Of a stretch of 64,000 nucleotides of DNA, positions 28,285 through 38,800 are shown one piece after another. Location of the stretch: assembly GCA_934129895.1 (NCBI GenBank), contig CAKOWY010000008.1, positions 298-64,297 on the forward strand, given 5' to 3'. A model generated the notes under the pieces. That model worked only from the letters and a program-made list of their open reading frames with translations, did not search any database and was not told the origin of the DNA. The position numbers were made by a program, and so were the translations under genes. Origin of the DNA: an uncultured Clostridia bacterium (GTDB lineage Bacteria > Bacillota > Clostridia > TANB77 > CAG-508). Every line of letters begins with the position of its first letter. The stretch's first letter is position 1.

Positions 28285-30510
28285 TTGGAAGAAAGAGAAG
28301 GAATATTAGCAGAAATAATATATCAAAATGAAGTAAATAGTTATACAGTTGGAGTATTTGAAACAGAAGAAGAACAATTTACTGTTGTTGGATATTTGCC
28401 TTTTATATGTAAAGGAGATTCATTAAAAATAATAGGTAAATTTATAGAACATAAAGATTATGGAGAACAATTTAAAATAGAAACATTTGAAAAGCTGATG
28501 CCTCAAACATTGTCAGCATTGGAGAAATATCTTGCAAATGGAAATATAAAAGGAGTTGGTCCTGCGACAGCAAGTAAAATAACAAAATTATTTGGAGAAG
28601 AAACAATACATGTATTAAAGTATGAGCCAATAAAATTAGCACAAATAAAAGGAATAACCAAAGAAAAAGCAAAAGAAATATCAGAAAGTTTTATTGAAAA
28701 TTGGGAAGTATGGCAAATTGTAGGATTTTTGGAGAAATTTGGATTAGGTGCAGAAAGTGCTAAAAAGGTATATGATTTATTAGGAATAAATGCAATATCA
28801 GAAATAGAATCAGATCCATATATTTTAATAGATATTGCTAGAGGGGTAGAATTCTCGCAAATAGATAAAATGGCTATAGAGCTTGGAATAGAAAGAGAAA
28901 ATCAAAAAAGAGTAAAAAGTGGAATAAAATATGCTTTAATAAAAATTACATATAATGGACATTGTTGTACATTAAAAGAAAATTTAATAGAATATGTAAA
29001 ACAATTATTGGGAGTATCGCAAGAAATAATTGAAGAAGGATTAATAAATTTAAAAGTAAATGAAGATATAGTTATTGAAAAAAGAGATGAAGAAGAGTGG
29101 GTATACTTATATTCATTTTATAAAACAGAAAATGAAATTGCAGAAAGAATAATAAAATTAAAAAATACTAAAAATGTAAAAAAAGTAAGTAACATAGAAA
29201 AAGAATTAAAAAAAGTAGAAGAAAAAACAGATATGATTTTATCTGAAAAGCAAAAAGAAGCAATAAAAACTATTAATGATAATAATGTAACAATTATTAC
29301 AGGTGGTCCAGGAACTGGAAAAACGACAATAATAAAAAGTATAATAGAAATATATAAAACAAAGAAATATAAGATTGTATTATGTGCTCCTACAGGAAGA
29401 GCAGCAAAAAGAATGACAGAAACAACAGGGGAAGAAGCTCAAACATTACATAGATTATTAGAAATAGGAAAAATGGATGATGATGTATTTTATAAAAAAG
29501 ACAAAGATTTTGAAGGAGCACCAATAGATGCAGATATAATAATAGTTGATGAGATGTCAATGGTTGATATGTTTGTAATGAGTTATTTATTAGATTGTAT
29601 ATATTTAGGAACAAAATTAATTCTTGTAGGAGATACAGACCAACTTCCATCAGTAGGTCCAGGAAGTGTTTTAAAAGATATGATATCATCTGAAAAAATT
29701 TCAACAGTGCATTTAGACAAAATATTTAGACAGGCTGCAAGAAGTAAAATAATAGTGAATGCACATAGAGTAAATAATGGTCAAAAATTTATTCAAAAAG
29801 ATGATGCCGAGTTATCAGAAAATGCAAAAGAAGATTTCTTCTTTATTAAAGAAAATAACCAAGAAAAAATATTAGAACAAGTACTATCATTATGTAATGG
29901 AAGATTAAAAAAATTTGGAGATTATGATTTTTTTGAGAATATTCAGGTATTAACACCAACCAAAAAAGGAATGTTAGGAACAAAAGAATTAAATAAATCT
30001 TTACAACAAGAATTAAATCCTCCTAGAGAAGGAGAACCTGAAAAAGTAAGTATTGGTGTAGTATTTAGAATTGGTGACAGAATAATGCAAACAAAAAATA
30101 ATTATGATATGTATTGGGAAAGAAGAGAAGGAGATTCTATTGAAACAGGAAATGGTGTATTTAATGGTGAAATTGGAACAATAACTAATATAAATGAAAA
30201 AGAAAAAAATATAAGAATAAAATTTGATGATAATAAAGTATGTTGGTATGAATTTAATGATTTGGAACAAATAGATCATAGTTATTGTATAACAATTCAT
30301 AAAGCTCAAGGAAGCGAATTTGATGTTGTTATAATGATTGTACCACAGGCGGCACCAATGTTATTAACAAGAAATTTATTATATACAGGTATAACAAGAG
30401 CAAAAAAATTGTTAATAGTAATTGGAAATGAAAGAGTTGTTGAATATATGATAAAAAATGTAGATAGTAAAAAAAGAAATACAGGATTAGAATACAAATT
30501 AAAAAAATAA
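28285..30510 (+). CDS. recD2: RecD2-type ATP-dependent DNA helicase (TTG start)
   Basis: N-terminal OB and HhH region, Walker A GGPGTGKTT, DEMSMVD, and the C-terminal SH3 plus helicase motifs (TIHKAQGSEFD). Confidence 0.85.
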   Translation: MEEREGILAEIIYQNEVNSYTVGVFETEEEQFTVVGYLPFICKGDSLKIIGKFIEHKDYGEQFKIETFEKLMPQTLSALEKYLANGNIKGVGPATASKITKLFGEETIHVLKYEPIKLAQIKGITKEKAKEISESFIENWEVWQIVGFLEKFGLGAESAKKVYDLLGINAISEIESDPYILIDIARGVEFSQIDKMAIELGIERENQKRVKSGIKYALIKITYNGHCCTLKENLIEYVKQLLGVSQEIIEEGLINLKVNEDIVIEKRDEEEWVYLYSFYKTENEIAERIIKLKNTKNVKKVSNIEKELKKVEEKTDMILSEKQKEAIKTINDNNVTIITGGPGTGKTTIIKSIIEIYKTKKYKIVLCAPTGRAAKRMTETTGEEAQTLHRLLEIGKMDDDVFYKKDKDFEGAPIDADIIIVDEMSMVDMFVMSYLLDCIYLGTKLILVGDTDQLPSVGPGSVLKDMISSEKISTVHLDKIFRQAARSKIIVNAHRVNNGQKFIQKDDAELSENAKEDFFFIKENNQEKILEQVLSLCNGRLKKFGDYDFFENIQVLTPTKKGMLGTKELNKSLQQELNPPREGEPEKVSIGVVFRIGDRIMQTKNNYDMYWERREGDSIETGNGVFNGEIGTITNINEKEKNIRIKFDDNKVCWYEFNDLEQIDHSYCITIHKAQGSEFDVVIMIVPQAAPMLLTRNLLYTGITRAKKLLIVIGNERVVEYMIKNVDSKKRNTGLEYKLKK

Positions 30511-30513
30511 AAT

Positions 30514-30562
30514 AATCAATAAGAACTTCTGTACAATTTTTGTATAGAAGTTCTTATTGATT
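30514..30562. terminator. Bidirectional terminator between convergent genes
   Basis: Perfect 17-bp inverted repeat aatcaataagaacttct/agaagttcttattgatt, with T-runs on both strands. Confidence 0.75.
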
Positions 30563-31433
30563 ATTTTTTATTATTATATAATGAAGAACTGAATCTTTTA
30601 TATAAATTACAAATGTTACACTCATTACAAATTTCAACACGATTTTCAAAAATTAATTTTAAAGTATTTATAAACTCATAACAGTTTATATTTTTAACAG
30701 AAAGGTGAATAAAAATCTTTTTGGGAATATAATTTATAAGAGTATTTAAGATATAATCATTATCTGAAAACGTAATATCTGAAAAATATTTTGGCTTTGC
30801 TATGTTTTTATCTATTTTTACTATATTTAAAGAATTATCTAAAATTAAAGTTTCGTGATCAAGAAAAACAAGGTGTAATTTATCTACAAGTGGAGTTTGA
30901 GACTTTAAATATGATTTTAGCAAAGAGATAAACTCTAAATATTCTTTTTCAATTATATATTCATTTACTGAAAAATCAATTAATTTACTAAGTAAAATTT
31001 TATAATCACTTAATCTGAAGTTTATAAAGCCAGTTAGAATAATAGAATGATTTTGAGAAATATAGTCATAAAAAATGTCGAATAAAATCATTTGTCTATT
31101 TATAATTGAAAATTCATTATCATCATAAATATTTTCTTGACAAATTGAAAAGATTTTATCAAATTCATAATTCTCAAAATAAAAATAATCTGATAATAAA
31201 ATGTGTTTTATTATATCTTCTTCATAGCAATCAATTACCAAATAACTAAGTATTGTTGCTAATTTTGTATAAAATAATTCAGTATCAATTCCTTTATAAT
31301 GTATAATTATATTTTTATAATGTTTGAATTCATTAGTAGAATAAAAAATATTTAACATATTAAAATCTTTAAATTCATTTTGTAAATATTTTATAATTTC
31401 TTCGTTATTAGTTTTTATACATAATGAACTCAT
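30561..31433 (-). CDS. Hypothetical protein (290 aa) with a Cys-rich C-terminus (CNECNICN). Possibly YtxC-like (weak)
   Basis: Long ORF. No strong motif. Confidence 0.45.
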   Translation of the reverse strand: MSSLCIKTNNEEIIKYLQNEFKDFNMLNIFYSTNEFKHYKNIIIHYKGIDTELFYTKLATILSYLVIDCYEEDIIKHILLSDYFYFENYEFDKIFSICQENIYDDNEFSIINRQMILFDIFYDYISQNHSIILTGFINFRLSDYKILLSKLIDFSVNEYIIEKEYLEFISLLKSYLKSQTPLVDKLHLVFLDHETLILDNSLNIVKIDKNIAKPKYFSDITFSDNDYILNTLINYIPKKIFIHLSVKNINCYEFINTLKLIFENRVEICNECNICNLYKRFSSSLYNNKK

Positions 31434-31571
31434 TTTATAATCCTTTCGAAAATTGTATTTTGTATAGTATTTGCAAAAAAATGAAATTTATACAAATGAT
31501 AAGATATAATATTCTATTAACTAAAAAATGTACCTTTAATAAAAAAATATATAGCTTGTGCTATATATTTT

Positions 31572-33176
31572 TTATAGTTTTGTATAAATATGATAATCTA
31601 TATCAGGGAATAAACAATCTTTTACTTTAATATCTCTTAAAAATTTCTTATCAATATTATTTTCTTTAATTTGATTATATAATTTTGTAAATCTGCCGAT
31701 ATGATCTTTAATTCGTCTTTTGGCATAATCAACCATTGTTCCATTTGTAATGATAAATAACCAGTCACTACTTTGAGCAAGTAATAATTCACGTGCAGCT
31801 TGATTTAATGCGTCTTTTAAAATACCGGTAGCATTAGGATATGAAGTTGCAAGTTCTACCATTCGATTGCCAGCTTTATGAAGATGTCTGTGGGCATAAT
31901 CATTTGTTGGATTTAGCCAAACACCACTATATCCGTTGGCACCCCAACTAGAACGACAAGGTGAACATACTTGTATATTTGGGAACTTATCAATATATTC
32001 AGATGGTGTGATTAATTCAAAGTTACATTCATCATAATAAATCTTTTTAAATAAAATATATAGCCAGTATGGACCTTCATACCACCAATGTCCGTATAAT
32101 TCTGCATCATAAGGGCATAAAACAATAGGTGGAACATTCATATATTTTGAAGCATTTTCGATTTGTTCTGTACGAGAATTTAAAAAATGTCCAGCTTGTC
32201 TTTCTGCTGAATCTTTTGCCCATTGTACATCATATACATCTTTATTTTCTGTTTTTCCAGTGATTCTATAATAACGTATTCCAGTATGAACTCTTACACC
32301 ATTATGAGCAATATAAGGTTTTATATAATCATAATCTGCATCATATCCGATATCTCTGTAAAATTCTCTATAATTAAAATCGCCAGGGTATCCATCAATT
32401 GAACTCCATACTTGTTGTGAAGAAGTAATATCTCTTCCAAAACAAGTTAAACCACCAGGTGACGTAATTGGGGCATATGTACCATATATAGGAGTTGGAT
32501 CTGCATATAATATTCCATGAGATTCAACTATAGCATATTCTATACCAAATTCTCTTAAATATTTATCAGCTTCAGGAACATATCCACATTCAGGAAGCCA
32601 TATTCCACGAGGCTTTTTACCAAAATATTTTTCATAAGTCTGTACACCAACTGCTATTTGAGCTCTTACAGTTTCTTCTGTAACATATAGTATTGGGAAA
32701 TATCCATGAGTAGCGCCACAAGTTATAATTTCTAATACACCAATATCTTGGAAAAATTTGAATTTTTCAATTAAATTACATTTACATTCATCTCTAAAAA
32801 AATGTAAATCACTAGAATATCTATCATAATAATAATGAGATAATCTATTAATTCTTTCATCATTTTTTGTTCTTGTAATTTCTTTTTCAGACAATTCAAT
32901 TAAATTTTCCAAATATTTAATGTATTTTTTTTGTAAAAGTTTATTATCTAACATAGAAAGAAGAGGAGGAGTCATTGACATTGTTATTCTAAATTTAACT
33001 CCTTCATCAACTAATTTTTGAAAATTGTGTAATAATGGTATGTATGTTTCTGAAATAGCCTCGTATAGCCATGACTCTTCTAAGTAATCATCACTTTCTG
33101 GATGATGTATAAATGGTAGATGAGCATGTAATACAAAACTTACGTATCCTTTTTTTTGCATATTGTACTCCTTCAT
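31572..33176 (-). CDS. Glycoside hydrolase family 57 alpha-glucan branching/processing enzyme
   Basis: N-terminal GYVSFVLHAHLPFIHHPE...EESWLYEAISETYIPLL is characteristic of GH57 (DUF1957-containing) enzymes; 534 aa. Confidence 0.8.
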   Translation of the reverse strand: MKEYNMQKKGYVSFVLHAHLPFIHHPESDDYLEESWLYEAISETYIPLLHNFQKLVDEGVKFRITMSMTPPLLSMLDNKLLQKKYIKYLENLIELSEKEITRTKNDERINRLSHYYYDRYSSDLHFFRDECKCNLIEKFKFFQDIGVLEIITCGATHGYFPILYVTEETVRAQIAVGVQTYEKYFGKKPRGIWLPECGYVPEADKYLREFGIEYAIVESHGILYADPTPIYGTYAPITSPGGLTCFGRDITSSQQVWSSIDGYPGDFNYREFYRDIGYDADYDYIKPYIAHNGVRVHTGIRYYRITGKTENKDVYDVQWAKDSAERQAGHFLNSRTEQIENASKYMNVPPIVLCPYDAELYGHWWYEGPYWLYILFKKIYYDECNFELITPSEYIDKFPNIQVCSPCRSSWGANGYSGVWLNPTNDYAHRHLHKAGNRMVELATSYPNATGILKDALNQAARELLLAQSSDWLFIITNGTMVDYAKRRIKDHIGRFTKLYNQIKENNIDKKFLRDIKVKDCLFPDIDYHIYTKL

Positions 33177-33235
33177 AAATATTCATTACATAAGTCGTAG
33201 GTGATATATTATCCTACGACTTAAAAATAGTTTGT

Positions 33236-34069
33236 TTAGCTATGTGGCATAGTTTTTGATGATGTGCTTCCAGAAGTTGGATTTTTTAACATTTCTAAGA
33301 ATGTTAAATCATCATTCTTGTATATTGCAGTATATAATCCTTCTAAAATTTCATTACTTACATAAGGAATTTCAGAATTTTTTGCTCTTGGAAGATTTTT
33401 TATTATGTCATATAAAGATATATTTTTTTCTTGATTTGTTTTTACATTTCTATATTTAATTGTATTATTTTCATTTGTATTAAATAAAATATGATCATTT
33501 GGTAATTCAATTTTATTTGAAGAAGAAACAAATACGTAGTCACTATGATTTTTTTCTTCAAATTCTTTATATGAGTTTGTATCATAATAATTTGGACGTC
33601 TACCAAGTTCTACTCTATAATTGCAATGACTATCATTTACATGTAAGTACCAACTATTTGCAAAATCATTAATTTCGATTTCAAAGCTGTAATTCATAGT
33701 ATCATTGTGAATTATTAGAACAGGATGTGTTACATTAAAAAAGTTCTCTCCATATTGTTTAATATAATTTTCTCTATCATTATCATTAATATCCCAATAT
33801 ACAAATAAAGTATTTGGAGTTTGATATAAGATTTTTACAATAGTTTCATTATATCTAAAAGGTAAATCATAATATTCTAAAATGCTTATAGCATGGTCAT
33901 TTCTAACTTTTTCTATAACTGGTTGTTTTTTGTCTTGTTTATAACCATTAGTTGATTTTAATGTTTTAAATTTATTTAATAGACTTTTTGTTTTTTTAGC
34001 TTTTTTCCTTTTTAATGGTCCAGAAACTTTAATGTTATTAAATTTTATATTTTTGATTTTTGTTGTCAT
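33236..34069 (-). CDS. Hypothetical protein (277 aa), possibly a DUF4912-like GH57 partner
   Basis: ATG (MTTKIKN) is preceded by ggagg. Adjacent to and co-oriented with the GH57 gene. Confidence 0.45.
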   Translation of the reverse strand: MTTKIKNIKFNNIKVSGPLKRKKAKKTKSLLNKFKTLKSTNGYKQDKKQPVIEKVRNDHAISILEYYDLPFRYNETIVKILYQTPNTLFVYWDINDNDRENYIKQYGENFFNVTHPVLIIHNDTMNYSFEIEINDFANSWYLHVNDSHCNYRVELGRRPNYYDTNSYKEFEEKNHSDYVFVSSSNKIELPNDHILFNTNENNTIKYRNVKTNQEKNISLYDIIKNLPRAKNSEIPYVSNEILEGLYTAIYKNDDLTFLEMLKNPTSGSTSSKTMPHS

Positions 34070-34186
34070 TTGTTTTCCTCCATTTATTAATCTCATAATT
34101 TATATCTATAATATACTAAAAACAAAATAAATTCAAGGATATTATAAAAAAAAGTAAAAAAATATGAAAAAAATGGGAAAGTAGAC

Positions 34187-34215
34187 TTGACAAAAGGGAT
34201 ATTATAGTATATAAT
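34187..34215 (+). promoter_or_regulatory. Consensus sigma-A promoter of the infC-rpmI-rplT operon
   Basis: ttgaca - 17 nt - tataat (perfect hexamers), followed by a ~160-nt structured leader. Confidence 0.75.
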
Positions 34216-34377
34216 AGTAACGTTACAAGAAGAAGTTACACTTCTCACCTTATCTTTTGGAAAAAGGTTAGAATTTAATAAGTATATTTATATATATTTA
34301 TATTATGGTGTAATTGGCTTTGTAACAAAAGTCAATTTTTTTATTTTGTAAAAATAATAAATTGAAATGTCTAGGAG

Positions 34378-34893
34378 GTGTTTTATATAAAACAAGAATT
34401 ACCAATAAATGGGCAAATTAAGGCAAAGGAAGTTCAAGTAATAGGAGACAATGGAGAAAAACTTGGAATGTTACCAATCTCAAGAGCATTAGAAATAGCA
34501 GAAGAAAAGAAAATGGATTTAGTATTAGTTTCTCCAAATGCACAAGTTCCTGTATGTAAAATAATGAATTATGGCAAATATAAATTCGAACAAGCCAAAA
34601 AAGAAAAAGAAGCTAAGAAAAAGCAAAAAGTATTAGAAACAAAGGAATTAAGAATAACTCCAAATATTGAAGAACATGACTTTGGATTTAAATCAAAAAA
34701 TGCAAGAAAATTTATTGAAGATGGAAATAAAGTAAAAATTACTGTTAGATTTAGAGGAAGAGAACTAAATAATGTAAAATTAGGTGAAGATGTATTAAAT
34801 CAATTTATAACAGAATTAGAAGATGTAGCAGTAGTTGAAAAAAAACCTAAATTAGAAGGTAAAAATATGTTTATTATACTTGCTAAAAAATAG
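34378..34893 (+). CDS. infC: Translation initiation factor IF-3. The real start is probably an atypical AUA/AUU a few codons downstream
   Basis: ...INGQIKAKEVQVIGDNGEKLGMLPISRALEIAEEKKMDLVLVSP.... The listed GTG overlaps the RBS aggagg. Confidence 0.9.
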   Translation: MFYIKQELPINGQIKAKEVQVIGDNGEKLGMLPISRALEIAEEKKMDLVLVSPNAQVPVCKIMNYGKYKFEQAKKEKEAKKKQKVLETKELRITPNIEEHDFGFKSKNARKFIEDGNKVKITVRFRGRELNNVKLGEDVLNQFITELEDVAVVEKKPKLEGKNMFIILAKK

Positions 34894-34931
34894 CTTATAA
34901 TATAAAAAAACAATTGAAAGGAGCAAATACA

Positions 34932-35135
34932 ATGCCAAAATTAAAAACAAACAAAGCTGCAAAGAAAAGATATTCTTTAACAGCATCAGGTAAAGTAAAA
35001 AGAACAACAGCTAATAGAAGACACTTATTAGCAAATAAAACAAAAAGACAAAAATTATCAAGCAGACGCCCAGGTGCTTATGCAGATAAAACATGTGAAA
35101 ATACAATAAAGAAATTATTACCATATGGTAACTAA
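34932..35135 (+). CDS. rpmI: 50S ribosomal protein L35
   Basis: MPKLKTNKAAKKRY... Confidence 0.9.
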   Translation: MPKLKTNKAAKKRYSLTASGKVKRTTANRRHLLANKTKRQKLSSRRPGAYADKTCENTIKKLLPYGN

Positions 35136-35156
35136 AAAATAGGGAGGGAATAATAA

Positions 35157-35507
35157 ATGGCAAGAGTAAAATCAGCAATGACAACAAGAGCAAGACATAA
35201 AAAAGTATTAAAACAAGCTAAAGGATATTATGGTGCAAAACACTATAGATTTAGAAATGCAAATCAAGCAGTATTAAAATCATTATCATACGCTTATGTA
35301 GGAAGAAAAGATAAGAAAAGTGATTTTAGAAAATTATGGATAGCAAGAATAAATGCTGCTGCAAGAATGAATGGAACAACATACAGCAAATTAATATCAG
35401 GATTAAAGAAAGCTAATGTAACAATAAACAGAAAAATGTTATCAGAAATAGCTATAAATGATCCAAAAGCATTTACAGAATTAGCAACAATAGCTAAAAA
35501 TGCTTAG
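35157..35507 (+). CDS. rplT: 50S ribosomal protein L20
   Basis: [28 protein letters not shown]... Confidence 0.95.
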   Translation: MARVKSAMTTRARHKKVLKQAKGYYGAKHYRFRNANQAVLKSLSYAYVGRKDKKSDFRKLWIARINAAARMNGTTYSKLISGLKKANVTINRKMLSEIAINDPKAFTELATIAKNA

Positions 35508-35606
35508 TAAAATAGAAGTGCTTTTATTTTGAAAATAATTCAAGATATAAGCATTTTTTATTTTTTCAAAAATAAGTAATATTTTTTGGATAAAAAGGAG
35601 AATTAG

Positions 35607-36200
35607 ATGAATATAGGAGTAGACATAGATGGAGTATTAACTGATATGGAAAGAATGGCAATTGATTATGGAACGAAAATGTGTGTAGAAAAAAACATTC
35701 CAATAAAATTGGATTTAAATAAATATTGGGAAATAGAAAAATATAATTGGTCTGCTGAACAAGAAGAAATGTTTTGGAATCAAAATTTAATTCCTTATGT
35801 AATAAAAAGTGAAGCTAGAGCATTTGCAGCACAAATATTAGAAAAATTACAAAATGAAGGTAATCAAATATTTATAATAACAGCAAGGAATGAAAGTGGT
35901 ATGCCTAAAGAATATTATGGAAAAATGCAATCATTAACACTTGAATGGTTAAAAAAACAAAATATAAAATACAAAAAAATAATCTTTACAGAAGATTCTC
36001 AAAAATTACAGAAATGCATTGAAAATAATGTAAATGTTATGATAGAAGATAGTCCAATAAACATAAAAAATATATCTTTAAAAATAAAAGTAATAAAGTT
36101 TGATTGTCAATATAATAAAGATATTAATGGAGAAAACATAATAACGGCATATAGCTGGTATCATATATATGATATAATAAAAAAGCTTAATACAAAATAA
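35607..36200 (+). CDS. HAD-superfamily 5'(3')-deoxyribonucleotidase-like protein
   Basis: GVDIDGVLTD (HAD motif I), IITAR (motif II); 197 aa. Confidence 0.55.
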   Translation: MNIGVDIDGVLTDMERMAIDYGTKMCVEKNIPIKLDLNKYWEIEKYNWSAEQEEMFWNQNLIPYVIKSEARAFAAQILEKLQNEGNQIFIITARNESGMPKEYYGKMQSLTLEWLKKQNIKYKKIIFTEDSQKLQKCIENNVNVMIEDSPINIKNISLKIKVIKFDCQYNKDINGENIITAYSWYHIYDIIKKLNTK

Positions 36201-36223
36201 GTATTAGGCTTTTAAATTTTCTC

Positions 36224-36625
36224 TTATTCTTTTTTCATTTTTGGTTTTGAAATTAAAGAAGCAATATATCCAAAAAAAACTGCAGCTGCAATTCCTCCAG
36301 CAGAAGCTGTAACACCACCTGTAAAAGCACCTATTAAACCATATTCTTTAACTCCTTTAATGGCACCTTTGGCTAAATTGTAACCGAATCCTGTAAGTGG
36401 TACTGTAGCACCAGCACCAGCAAAATCAACTAAATATTTATAAATACCTAGTCCACCTAAAATACATCCAATTGTAACAAACATTACTAAAATTCTTGCT
36501 GGAGTAAGTTTTGTTTTATCAATTAAAATTTGTCCTATCACGCAGATAATACCACCTGTACAGAAACATTTTAATAATTGTAACCAATCAATATTTTGTA
36601 ACCAGTTCATACTATCTCCTTTCAT
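36224..36625 (-). CDS. spoVAEb: Stage V sporulation protein AEb
   Basis: Small membrane protein following spoVAC-spoVAD. Glycine-rich TM helices typical of SpoVAC/AEb. Confidence 0.75.
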   Translation of the reverse strand: MKGDSMNWLQNIDWLQLLKCFCTGGIICVIGQILIDKTKLTPARILVMFVTIGCILGGLGIYKYLVDFAGAGATVPLTGFGYNLAKGAIKGVKEYGLIGAFTGGVTASAGGIAAAVFFGYIASLISKPKMKKE

Positions 36626-37629
36626 ATTTTTGTTTCTATGCTAATTGCATGGGCAATTCCAGGAATTGATTCACCTTGTTGACTTGAAGTTGAATTTGTT
36701 AATGCACCTGTTGCAATTAGTAAGAGTCTATTAATTTTTTGTTCTTTAATTTTTTTGAAAAAATAACCCGAAAATACAGAAGCACAACATCCACAACCAC
36801 TACCACCTGAATGAGTATCTTGAGACTCTTTATCAAAAATCAAAACACCACAGTCATTATAATTAGATTTGATATTGTATCCTTTATTCTGTGCAAGCTC
36901 AATAAGAATATCTTTTCCAATATGTCCTAAATCTCCAGTAATAATTGCATCATAGTAATTAGGAGAACGATTAGTATCATTAAAATGACAGATTAAAGTA
37001 TCTAATGCTGCAGGAGCCATAGCAGCCCCCATATTATTTGCATCTTTAATTCCCATATCAACAATTTTTCCACTAGTTATTGTTGTTATAAAAGGTCCAT
37101 TGCCTGAATTTGATAAAACAGCTGCACCAGCACCAGTTACAGTCCATTGAGATGTAGGAGGACGTTGATTTCCAAGTTCTAGTGGAAATCTAAATTGTTT
37201 TTCAGCACTACAAAAGTGACTAGATGCTGCACATAATACATGTTTTGAACAAGCTTCAGTCATAACAGCACCTAAACTCAATCCTTCAACAAAAGTAGAG
37301 CAAGCTCCAAAAATTCCCAAAAACGGAATATTTAATTCTCTTAATCCAAAACTAGAAGAAATACATTGATTTAATAAATCTCCAGCAAAGCAATATTCAA
37401 TATCTGATGATGCTATTCCTGATTTTGAAATAGCCATATTTACTGTTTCTTTTATAATTTTGCTTTCAGATTTTTCCCATGTTTTTTCTCCCCAAAATTC
37501 ATCGTCTAAACATTGATCAAAATAAGAAGATAGCGGACCATTAGCTTCTTTAGGACCAACAATTGAAGCAACACTTGTTATAACAGGGGGAACATTAAAT
37601 TTTATTGTTTGTTTTCCTAACTTTTCCAT
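36622..37629 (-). CDS. spoVAD: Stage V sporulation protein AD
   Basis: 335-aa thiolase-like fold protein (FGACSTFVEGL, CGCCASVF) between spoVAC and spoVAEb. Confidence 0.8.
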   Translation of the reverse strand: MEKLGKQTIKFNVPPVITSVASIVGPKEANGPLSSYFDQCLDDEFWGEKTWEKSESKIIKETVNMAISKSGIASSDIEYCFAGDLLNQCISSSFGLRELNIPFLGIFGACSTFVEGLSLGAVMTEACSKHVLCAASSHFCSAEKQFRFPLELGNQRPPTSQWTVTGAGAAVLSNSGNGPFITTITSGKIVDMGIKDANNMGAAMAPAALDTLICHFNDTNRSPNYYDAIITGDLGHIGKDILIELAQNKGYNIKSNYNDCGVLIFDKESQDTHSGGSGCGCCASVFSGYFFKKIKEQKINRLLLIATGALTNSTSSQQGESIPGIAHAISIETKI

Positions 37630-37643
37630 AATAACACCTTTCT

Positions 37644-38114
37644 TTAAACTAATACAATTGATTGTGTATTGAAAATAAGATAAATTATACCAACTATAAT
37701 TGATGTTGAGATACCGAAAACTAAAACAGGACCTGCAATTGTAAACATTTTTCCACCAACACCCATGACATATCCTTCTGATTTATATTCCATAGCAGGT
37801 GAGACAATAGAGTTTGCAAAACCAGTAATTGGTATTAAAGAACCAGCACCAGCAAATTTTCCAATTTTGTTAAAGATATTTAGACCAGTTAAAAACGCAC
37901 TAATTCCAATTAAAATAATAGAAACAATTGTACCAGATATCTCTTGAGATATTCCTTTATTTTGACAAATATTCATAATAATTTGACCAATTGAACATAT
38001 TAAGCCACCAACCCAGAATGCATTAAAACAATTTTTAATAATAGGAGAGTTTGGTGATTTTTTATCTACATATTTTTGATATTCTTTTTTTGAATCTAAT
38101 GGATTCATAAACAC
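37644..38114 (-). CDS. spoVAC: Stage V sporulation protein AC
   Basis: 156-aa four-TM protein: ...NAFWVGGLICSIGQ...GAGSLIPITGFANS... Confidence 0.8.
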   Translation of the reverse strand: MFMNPLDSKKEYQKYVDKKSPNSPIIKNCFNAFWVGGLICSIGQIIMNICQNKGISQEISGTIVSIILIGISAFLTGLNIFNKIGKFAGAGSLIPITGFANSIVSPAMEYKSEGYVMGVGGKMFTIAGPVLVFGISTSIIVGIIYLIFNTQSIVLV

Positions 38115-38296
38115 ACCTCCAAATTTTAAGTATTAATATTATTTCCAAAGAAAAAACATTTATTCAATATAAAAATATTTATTACAGAAATATTACAAAT
38201 TATACAAGTATATTACAAATGATGTAAATTTATTGACTTTTTGAAAAAAAAAGATAAAATTGAAATATATAAGTATATAGAAGAGGAGTTGTTAAC

Positions 38297-38782
38297 ATGA
38301 AAAAAAATCAAAATGGAATTACAATATTAGGAATATCAATAATATTAATAGTTACATTAATATTGGTTGGTGTAATTATTGCTTTGGTATGGAAAGTAAA
38401 TATAGAGAAACAAAAGAATGAACAAATTGCAAAAGAAGAGCAAATAAGTACAGAAACAGCAGCAGATACAGTAAAGGGAAATGTTGAATTAGCGCTAGAT
38501 ATACGCATAAAAATAGCACAACATACAAATTCAGCTGATTCTAAATTAAAAGTAGAAATAGGGGAAATAGTAAAAGAAATAGAAGAAATAGATAGTTTGT
38601 TAGAAAATAATGATAATGCTGTTTATAAATATAGTGATAATGAAATTAATTATGTGATAGATGGAAAGAAATTTAGAATTAGTTTTGAAGATACAGATGA
38701 ATGTGTAAATGGAAAAATTAATGCAATTTATTTGATAAAAGATAATCAAGAAGATTTAAGTAGAAATTATTATGCTGAATAA
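38297..38782 (+). CDS. Hypothetical protein with an N-terminal TM anchor
   Basis: ORF with RBS gaggag. No motif. Confidence 0.4.
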   Translation: MKKNQNGITILGISIILIVTLILVGVIIALVWKVNIEKQKNEQIAKEEQISTETAADTVKGNVELALDIRIKIAQHTNSADSKLKVEIGEIVKEIEEIDSLLENNDNAVYKYSDNEINYVIDGKKFRISFEDTDECVNGKINAIYLIKDNQEDLSRNYYAE

Positions 38783-38800
38783 CAAAAGAAAGGAAATGTA

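Noticed and set aside
38115-38296. Sigma-G/F-type promoter for the spoVA operon
   Set aside because: Candidate hexamers (gaata… ataatatta) are too degenerate to call without a position weight matrix. Not reported as a feature.
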